From NCBI GenBank assembly GCA_963675665.1, contig OY776510.1, positions 2,528,001-2,592,000 on the forward strand: a DNA stretch of 64,000 nucleotides, given 5' to 3'. Positions 57,597 through 64,000 of the stretch are shown in pieces; within the stretch, counting starts at the first letter, position 1, and each line of letters begins with the position of its first letter. The notes beneath the pieces were generated by a model. It was not told the DNA's origin and did not search any database. It worked only from the letters and a program-made list of their open reading frames with translations. The translations under genes and the position numbers were made by a program. Origin of the DNA: Spirochaetia bacterium (GTDB taxonomy: Bacteria; Spirochaetota; Spirochaetia; UBA9216).

Positions 57597-58911
57597 AGAA
57601 TGGTTCGACAGTTATTCCAACTCCTTTTTAAAGGACGACAAAGTATTCAACGCAAATATCAGTTTAAAGATTGAACATTCATACAGAGTCCTTGAAAGAA
57701 TGTCCGAAATAGCGGATGCTCTTGGTTTAAAGGGGAAGAGACGGCATATCGCCCTGGCCTGTGCGCTGCTGCATGATGTCGGAAGATTTGAACAGTTCAA
57801 ACAGTACAGAACATTTGCCGACATACATTCAGAGGATCACGGGAAGCTGGGAAAAAAAGCAATTGAGCAGCACAACGTTCTTGAGCTGCTGTCTCCGCGG
57901 GCCGGAGAGCTAATCACCTTTGCTGTTGAGCACCACAACTCGAAATTCCTCCCTGACAATATTAGTGCCGAGCAGCGATTTTTTGCAGAACTGACCAGAG
58001 ACGCCGATAAAATCGATATCTTCAAGGTTATTACAGATTACTACCTCGACAGCAGCCCGGAGAAAGATCCTACTCTCGTGCATAACCTGCCTGATGTTCC
58101 CGTTATCAGCGATGAAGTATTTGATGAGTTTATGAAAGACGGTCATGTAAGTTTTGCCAATATGAAAACAGTAGCCGATTTCAAAGTCTTTCAGGTGGGC
58201 TGGGTGTGGGACATAAATAACCGTGCGGCGCTAAAAATTCTGGATAAACTCGGTTATGTCGACAGACTTATTGCTCTTTTGCCCGATACTGAACGCGGAC
58301 ACGTTGTTGCCGGGCGTTACCGTTCATTCATCAGAACGCTTGAAGATGAAAAAAGGCTCGGGTGGACGGAAATATCGCGCGACAAGCTTTTCGACTGCAG
58401 AATATTCAGCCTGTACCGTTCGAAGCGTAAATCGGTTGAAGAAAAGGTCTCAACTGCCTATATGCTTGAGGCTCCGGACTGGGTAACGGTAGTGCCCAAA
58501 CTGGAAAAAGACGGTAAAGAATATTTCGTCATGGTGCGTCAGTACAGGCACGGTTCGATGAAGATTACTACCGAGTTTCCGGCGGGGACTCTTGAACCGG
58601 GAGAAGAACCTGAAGATGCAGCGCTCAGGGAGCTTGAAGAAGAAACCGGTTATCGTGCCGGAAAGATTGTTTTTCTCGGCAGTGTTAACCCCAATCCCGC
58701 TTTTATGACAAACACTTTTACAGCATATCTTGCCGAAGATCTTGTTCAGACAGGTTCGCAAAACCTCGATGAACACGAATTTGTTGACTTTGAGCTGATT
58801 CCGGTACAGGATGTTATAAAACGTATGGGCAGCGGCGATTACAGTAACGGTACAATGCTGATGGCTTTGATGTACTATCTCAGGGAGACAGGGAAGATAA
58901 ATGGAATCTGA
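57568..58911 (+). CDS. HD-domain phosphohydrolase fused to a NUDIX hydrolase
   Basis: KIEHS.RV, LLHDVGRFEQ, DHG, HHN and RDADK, then a Nudix box GTLEPGEEPEDAALRELEEETG with VRQYR. Confidence 0.88.
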   Translation: MKSTDIPRIREWFDSYSNSFLKDDKVFNANISLKIEHSYRVLERMSEIADALGLKGKRRHIALACALLHDVGRFEQFKQYRTFADIHSEDHGKLGKKAIEQHNVLELLSPRAGELITFAVEHHNSKFLPDNISAEQRFFAELTRDADKIDIFKVITDYYLDSSPEKDPTLVHNLPDVPVISDEVFDEFMKDGHVSFANMKTVADFKVFQVGWVWDINNRAALKILDKLGYVDRLIALLPDTERGHVVAGRYRSFIRTLEDEKRLGWTEISRDKLFDCRIFSLYRSKRKSVEEKVSTAYMLEAPDWVTVVPKLEKDGKEYFVMVRQYRHGSMKITTEFPAGTLEPGEEPEDAALRELEEETGYRAGKIVFLGSVNPNPAFMTNTFTAYLAEDLVQTGSQNLDEHEFVDFELIPVQDVIKRMGSGDYSNGTMLMALMYYLRETGKINGI

Positions 58912-60379
58912 AGAAACAACAAAAACAGGAAAAGGAGCATTAAAGCTTCTGGCAACTAAAAAAGGATCCCGGTTTGATTACCAGGCTGAAGCTAACTGGA
59001 TTCTGCTTCATAAGGATGATAAACCTCAAGCCGAAATGTTTTATGTAAGGTACACTGTTGTTACGGAGGAAGAGAAGACAAGACCGGTAACCTTTATTTT
59101 TAACGGCGGGCCCGGAGCGTCGTCCGTTTATCTCCATCTTGGGGCGGCAGGGCCTAGAAGGGTAGAGCTTACGGCGCAGGGACAGCCCTGGGCGTCGCCG
59201 TACAAGCTTACCGATAATGAAGAAACCTGGCTTGAGTTTTCCGATCTTGTTTTTATTGATCCCGTAGGAACCGGCTTCAGCAGAATGCTGGATGAAAAAC
59301 AGGTGAAGGATAAAAAAGAGGAAGACGAAAAAACTGTTAATTGTGACAAGAGAGAGAAGGATGAATACTGGAAGCTCAACCGTGATCTTGAATCGGTCAG
59401 CGAATTTATAAGGAAATTCCTGTCAAAATATTCTAGATGGGAATGTCCTGTTTATATTGCCGGGGAAAGTTACGGCGGATTCAGGGTAGGGAAACTTGTA
59501 AAGATGCTGCAGCAGGATTACGGTATAGGTCTTGCCGGGGCCGTGCTTATATCTCCTGCGCTTGAATTCAAGCAGTTGAACAGTTCCGACTATGATGTTC
59601 TTCCCTGGATAGATTCTTTTCCGGCAATGGCTGCCGCTGCGGCGCATCACGGTAAATCATGCAGGATAAAAGAAGGCGAAAGCCTTGAGCAGTTTCAGTT
59701 GCGGGCCGCGGAGTTTGCGCTTAATGAGCTGCTGCCGGTTCTTGCCGGCGGAGATCTTTTTCCGGAATCAAAACGGGCCCGTGTTTACAACAAAGCGGCT
59801 GATTTTATCGGCTTGCCGGGAAAAACTGTAGCTGCGGCTAACGGACGAATCAGCCTGGAGTATTTTGTTAAAAACCTTCTTCGAAGCGACAGATTGATCC
59901 TGGGATTATACGATGCCAGCGCCGTTGTGTCGGATCCGTATCCGGATCGTGATAAGCTTGATGCGCCCGACCCGACGCTTCACCAGCTTGAACGTGTTTT
60001 TGCCGCCGGTATAAACACCCGGCTTCGCGCAGAAATCGGTCTTGATACGGACCGCGACTATACGCTGTTAAGTATGAAGGTCAATGAAAGCTGGAAGCTT
60101 GACGCAAAGGAAAATTTTCTTGATGTCCAAATCGGAGCGGTAGATGATCTGCGTTACGGAATGAGCCTTAATCCCGAAATGAAAGTTTTCATCTCTCACG
60201 GTATTTTTGATCTTGTAACGCCGGCTTTTTCAACCGACAGGCTCACGGCTCTGATGAAACTTGGCCCGGAGCAGAAAAAAATGCTGACTGTAAAACATTA
60301 TCCCGGAGGACATATGTATTATACCTGGGCTGAAAGCAGGCGCGCCTTTTTTCGCGACTTAAAGGCTTTTTACGAATGA
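58901..60379 (+). CDS. Peptidase S10-family serine carboxypeptidase
   Basis: FNGGPG.SS, DLVFIDPVGTGFSR, GESYGG, G..DL.TP and YPGGHM. Confidence 0.9.
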   Translation: MESEETTKTGKGALKLLATKKGSRFDYQAEANWILLHKDDKPQAEMFYVRYTVVTEEEKTRPVTFIFNGGPGASSVYLHLGAAGPRRVELTAQGQPWASPYKLTDNEETWLEFSDLVFIDPVGTGFSRMLDEKQVKDKKEEDEKTVNCDKREKDEYWKLNRDLESVSEFIRKFLSKYSRWECPVYIAGESYGGFRVGKLVKMLQQDYGIGLAGAVLISPALEFKQLNSSDYDVLPWIDSFPAMAAAAAHHGKSCRIKEGESLEQFQLRAAEFALNELLPVLAGGDLFPESKRARVYNKAADFIGLPGKTVAAANGRISLEYFVKNLLRSDRLILGLYDASAVVSDPYPDRDKLDAPDPTLHQLERVFAAGINTRLRAEIGLDTDRDYTLLSMKVNESWKLDAKENFLDVQIGAVDDLRYGMSLNPEMKVFISHGIFDLVTPAFSTDRLTALMKLGPEQKKMLTVKHYPGGHMYYTWAESRRAFFRDLKAFYE

Positions 60380-60539
60380 TATATTACGCAGTTGATTCTG
60401 TTCTGTGCTATCGATCTGGAGATGAAAAAGCTGGACTATATTACTGGACATAACAGCTGATTTTTGTTATTCTCACTCTACATTTTATAAATTGGAGCCG
60501 TGCGTTACGCGCGGCTCTGTGTGACAAGTTAGCAAATTT

Positions 60540-60611
60540 GGCGCCGTACCCAAGTGGTAAGGGAGAGGTCTGCAAAACCTTGATGCAGCGGTTCGAATCC
60601 GCTCGGCGCCT
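60540..60611 (+). tRNA. tRNA-Cys(GCA), CCA not encoded
   Basis: Acceptor GGCGCCG/CGGCGCC with U discriminator, D loop AAGTGGTAA, anticodon arm GAGGT-CTGCAAA-ACCTT and T loop GTTCGAATC. Confidence 0.97.
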
Positions 60612-60612
60612 T

Positions 60613-60652
60613 AAAAAAAACGGGAAACGCATCAGTGTTTCCCGTTTTTTTT
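60613..60652. terminator. Bidirectional Rho-independent terminator
   Basis: A-run, CGGGAAAC...GTTTCCCG stem, T-run, between the tRNA and the convergent response regulator. Confidence 0.88.
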
Positions 60653-62249
60653 ATATTTTGCCTGCAGAAGCTTCCTGACGGAACTCGCTCGGCGAAACCC
60701 CGGTATTCTTCTTGAAAATAAAACTGAAATAATGAGGATCGCTATATCCGACTTCATATGTTATATCCGAGCATTTCATACTGCTGTTTAAAAGAAGTTC
60801 CTTTGCTCTGCTTATTCTTACACCGGTCAGATGCTCGATGAAGGTTTCGCCAACCTCCTGTGAAAAGATCGTACTGAAATGGTTGGGGCTGACATTCACG
60901 AACGAAGCCACCGAATTAAGCGAAATGTCCTGGCTCATGAAATTCTCGCTGATATAGTTTTTTGCTTTAAGAATTTTTGAGCTGTGTTTTTTGTGAACAT
61001 TGGTATCCCTGAAGAAGATCCAGTTCGAAATAATCTGACTGAGCATGCTGTGAAGATCCTGCCCTGATTTTACTGCTTCATTGATTTTCGCATCATCAAG
61101 GATGTCGGAAATTATATCCGCCGGGCTTCCGTTCAGGGCTTTTATCAGTTCGTAAAGAGAATGGCCTATGTCCCGGATTATCAGCCTGTAAAAGTCTGGC
61201 TTGTTTGAATCGGCAGCGCCTGTACCGCTGACTCTGAACAACTGGTTAAGCAGGTCATCTATTTCTTCTGTTTCAACAAACCTGAGCTGTGCAGTTACGG
61301 GATCATTATCAGTCTGAAGCTGTTCCAGCGTTTTGCTCCACCTCATATCGTCCGAACCGATAATAATCTTTTTGCCGGTCATGCGCATATATTTAACAGC
61401 CCGGTCAGCTTCTTTGTAGGACCTGACAATTTCGCTTATATAACCGACTACCGGACCTATTGCTACAGCTGTGCTGCAGTCGGTATTGCGTTCAATTTCA
61501 AATTTTATTCCCTGGGCCAGGGAATAAAGCATGTCAGGGTCTGCCTCAGGACTCAGGTTTTTGATCAGAAGGATCTGTTTGTCAATTCCCATGGAGAAGG
61601 AAACAACCTCTTCCCTGGCGGCGGTAATTGAAGAAAGTATCTTTTTTGCAATTGTAATCCGGGAATAATCTTCATGTTCGGAGGTGAGCTCCACCGCCAT
61701 TACAGCGTAGCCGCCCGGAAGCAGGTCCACGTTCATTGTTGCCGCTGTTTCTATAGCATTCAATGATTTAAGCTGGCCGGTTATAAGCTTGCCAAGCCAT
61801 TTCTCACGTATAATATCCTCTGAAGATTCTACCTTTTTTTTAAGATTTTCAATGCTGGTAATTCTGTTCTTTTCAGCTTCAATTTGCTTTACAACCTTAT
61901 CCAGGGTGCCGAGCATGTCCGCTGATGATACCGGTTTTAACAGATATTCCTCAACTCCGATTGAAATGGCTTCCCTGGCATATTTGAACTCATCGTGGCC
62001 CGAAAGAATTATAATCTTGATCCACGGCTGGTCTTTCCTGATTATCCGCGCCAGATCAAGCCCGTTCATAAAAGGCATTTTGATGTCGGTTATCAGTATG
62101 TCAGGCTTGATTTCCCGAAGGGCATGAAGAGCAAGTTCGCCGTCGGGAGCTTCGCCCGCAAAAGTGTAGGGGGTGTTTTCCCATGCTATGCAGTTGCGGA
62201 TTCCTTCACGTGTTACAATCTCGTCTTCAACCAAAAATACGCTATACAT
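60651..62249 (-). CDS. YesN-like response regulator (REC plus AraC HTH)
   Basis: LVEDE, ITDIKMPFMNG, YLLKP and C-terminal VGYSDPHYFS.IFKK.TG.SP. Confidence 0.95.
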   Translation of the reverse strand: MYSVFLVEDEIVTREGIRNCIAWENTPYTFAGEAPDGELALHALREIKPDILITDIKMPFMNGLDLARIIRKDQPWIKIIILSGHDEFKYAREAISIGVEEYLLKPVSSADMLGTLDKVVKQIEAEKNRITSIENLKKKVESSEDIIREKWLGKLITGQLKSLNAIETAATMNVDLLPGGYAVMAVELTSEHEDYSRITIAKKILSSITAAREEVVSFSMGIDKQILLIKNLSPEADPDMLYSLAQGIKFEIERNTDCSTAVAIGPVVGYISEIVRSYKEADRAVKYMRMTGKKIIIGSDDMRWSKTLEQLQTDNDPVTAQLRFVETEEIDDLLNQLFRVSGTGAADSNKPDFYRLIIRDIGHSLYELIKALNGSPADIISDILDDAKINEAVKSGQDLHSMLSQIISNWIFFRDTNVHKKHSSKILKAKNYISENFMSQDISLNSVASFVNVSPNHFSTIFSQEVGETFIEHLTGVRISRAKELLLNSSMKCSDITYEVGYSDPHYFSFIFKKNTGVSPSEFRQEASAGKI

Positions 62250-63717
62250 CTATGTTTATCTCCGGAACTTTAAAAGAAACCGTGGTTCCTTCCATATAAA
62301 CGCTATTAATATCAAGTCTGATGTCGCTATTATAATAAAGAGACAGTCTCTTGTTAACATTATATAACCCGTAGACATCATGCTTTTCAGAGGTGTCGAA
62401 GCTGCCGTTAATCTGTTCGCGTATATTTTCCAGTCTTTCAGGCTTTATTCCTATACCGTTGTCATTAACCTGAAAGCATAGATTCCCGTTTTCATGCCAG
62501 CCCCGAACAGAAAGCTTTCCTTTTCCGCGTTTGTTTTTGATGCCGTGATACAGGGCGTTCTCGACAATCGGCTGAAGCAGTATTTTCAGGATTGTTTTTT
62601 CCATAATCGCAGGCTCGAAGTCAATTGTGTAGTCGAGGATGTCCCTGTACCTGACTTTCTGTATGTTAAGGTAATTCTCGATGTGTTTGAACTCATTGCT
62701 TACCAGGGTCCAGTCGTTGCCGCGGTTAAGAGTGGTCCTGAAGAAACTTGAAAAGCTGCGGGCCACCGAGATGACCTGTTCGTTCTGCTTTCCCTCTGCC
62801 AGCCACACTATGGTATCAAGGGTATTATACAGGAAATGGGGAGTTATCTGCGCCTGCAGCGCCTTCATTTCCGATTTCTGGAGGTTCTTTTGCTCTTCGA
62901 TATTGGTATCGATCAGTTCCTTAATCTTGACGGCCATAATATTGAGGTTTTCGGTCAGATCATCAAGCTCTTCAACGTGGGGCAGCGACGCCCTGGCCGC
63001 CAGGTTTCCCGCGGCTATCTCGCTTGACAGTTTTACCAGTTCGTTTATCGGTTTATTGATGCTCAACGAGACCGAACGCTGGGTGAATATGGAGAACAGG
63101 GTAACTATAAGCACAACCAGGATCTGCATCAGCGAAAGAGTAACGGCAATCCGTTTTATACTTTCGTTTGTATTTGCAGCGGATTCTATTTCAAGCACGA
63201 TAAAATCCTGGAGGATGTCTGAAATGAGTTCCGATACGCCCCTTATTTCGTCAAGAATCTGTTCGTTTTCTGTAACCGGAAAATTATTCTGGATCTGCAG
63301 TCCCAGCCTGTCGACATACTGCGTAAGGGTATCCAGGGCCCTTCCCGAGACTTCAAGCATCTGCCTGTTCTCGGTAACTTCGGTATTGCGCAGGATCTCT
63401 TCAAGTCTGAACCTTATATCAATTATAATTTCGTACTGTTCGCCTTTGGAGAAATCAATGTTTCCGGCTACAATATCCCAGATTTCATTGCTTATATCCG
63501 TTTTAACTATCTGATTGAGCCTGTTTGTTCTGCTGACGTTGGTGATAATCCGGTCGTACTGGATTGTCTGAAACCAGGCGAAGGTTAAACTGAGAATCGG
63601 CGCCGTGATCATAAGGCAGATTATAATAACATATGAACTCTGGAGGGTTTGTCTGATGCTGGTTGTTTTTTTGTGAAAATTCATAAATAAACTGAAGACC
63701 CGAAACCGTTTTTTCAT
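62242..63717 (-). CDS. YesM-like sensor histidine kinase (HAMP plus His_kinase)
   Basis: ALQAQITPHFLYNTL, LQPIVENALYHG, DNGIG and GLYNV. Confidence 0.95.
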   Translation of the reverse strand: MKKRFRVFSLFMNFHKKTTSIRQTLQSSYVIIICLMITAPILSLTFAWFQTIQYDRIITNVSRTNRLNQIVKTDISNEIWDIVAGNIDFSKGEQYEIIIDIRFRLEEILRNTEVTENRQMLEVSGRALDTLTQYVDRLGLQIQNNFPVTENEQILDEIRGVSELISDILQDFIVLEIESAANTNESIKRIAVTLSLMQILVVLIVTLFSIFTQRSVSLSINKPINELVKLSSEIAAGNLAARASLPHVEELDDLTENLNIMAVKIKELIDTNIEEQKNLQKSEMKALQAQITPHFLYNTLDTIVWLAEGKQNEQVISVARSFSSFFRTTLNRGNDWTLVSNEFKHIENYLNIQKVRYRDILDYTIDFEPAIMEKTILKILLQPIVENALYHGIKNKRGKGKLSVRGWHENGNLCFQVNDNGIGIKPERLENIREQINGSFDTSEKHDVYGLYNVNKRLSLYYNSDIRLDINSVYMEGTTVSFKVPEINIDV

Positions 63718-63718
63718 T

Positions 63719-64000
63719 CTAATAACCCCGCGGGTCAATTAATGATAAATCATCGTTTTCGCTGAATACCTCTTCTTTCACATGTTGAAACCTGGGGATG
63801 GATTCTCCCCTGGCAAGTTTTTCCGCCAGTGAAATTATTGCCGGCCCCATTTTTGGGTTACATTCAATTACGCAATTTACTTCCCCCCGTTTAAGAGCGT
63901 CTATTGCCGCCTGCTCGGCGTCGATTGTTACGATTACAATGTCTTTTCCCGGGTATATGCCCGCTTCGTGCATTGCGTCCATGGCTCCGAGGGTCATACC
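63719..64000 (-). CDS. Sugar ABC substrate-binding protein (RbsB/YtfQ-like), C-terminal part; 5' end lies beyond the window
   Basis: M.LGA.DA..EAG..PGKDI.IV.ID, VIECNP..GP and C-terminal RGY. Confidence 0.8.
   Translation of the reverse strand, partial: GMTLGAMDAMHEAGIYPGKDIVIVTIDAEQAAIDALKRGEVNCVIECNPKMGPAIISLAEKLARGESIPRFQHVKEEVFSENDDLSLIDPRGY

Noticed and set aside
60540-60652. tRNA-Cys as a genomic-island attachment site
   Set aside because: No integrase is adjacent and no duplicated tRNA 3' end was seen in the window.
62681-63514. Long antisense ORFs (also 46185-46850, 7291-7884 and 54090-54698)
   Set aside because: They are shadow or alternate frames of well-supported genes, with no recognisable motifs or RBS.

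Overview
64 kb of bacterial chromosome with about 55 genes, most likely from a free-living anaerobic spirochaete. That assignment is inferred from the fliS..polA-coaE-SPOR gene order, an A-x-G-x-x-E type binding-protein N-terminus and the many chemotaxis and c-di-GMP genes. No CRISPR array, prophage, integrase or transposase was seen. Main contents in order: (1) an internally deleted HD-GYP pseudogene; (2) a clear molybdenum-cofactor (Moco) riboswitch heading an operon for a tandem-domain FecB/BtuF-type ABC importer and an unusual radical-SAM fusion protein, with a DUF364 gene just upstream; (3) an isolated cobQ; (4) a DeoR-controlled isomerase/kinase/split-transketolase cluster resembling the D-apiose pathway; (5) a five-gene lipid operon (CrtI/RetSat-like flavoenzyme, FAD/2Fe-2S reductase, FakB, FakA, PlsY) with a PlsC-like gene nearby; (6) two MCPs, one with two apparently periplasmic CZB domains, and a CheY-CheC-diguanylate cyclase operon; (7) PhoH2 and a sigma28-promoter fliS-ORF-polA-coaE-SPOR run; (8) two intergenic clusters of tandem palindromes; (9) a GntR/DapA-like/DASS unit; (10) a KamA-like/HD-NUDIX/S10 peptidase operon; (11) tRNA-Cys; (12) a YesMN-like two-component pair. 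The best candidates for undescribed systems are the Moco-riboswitch importer plus radical-SAM fusion and the fatty-acid redox-and-incorporation operon. All calls come from reading motifs by eye; no searches were run.
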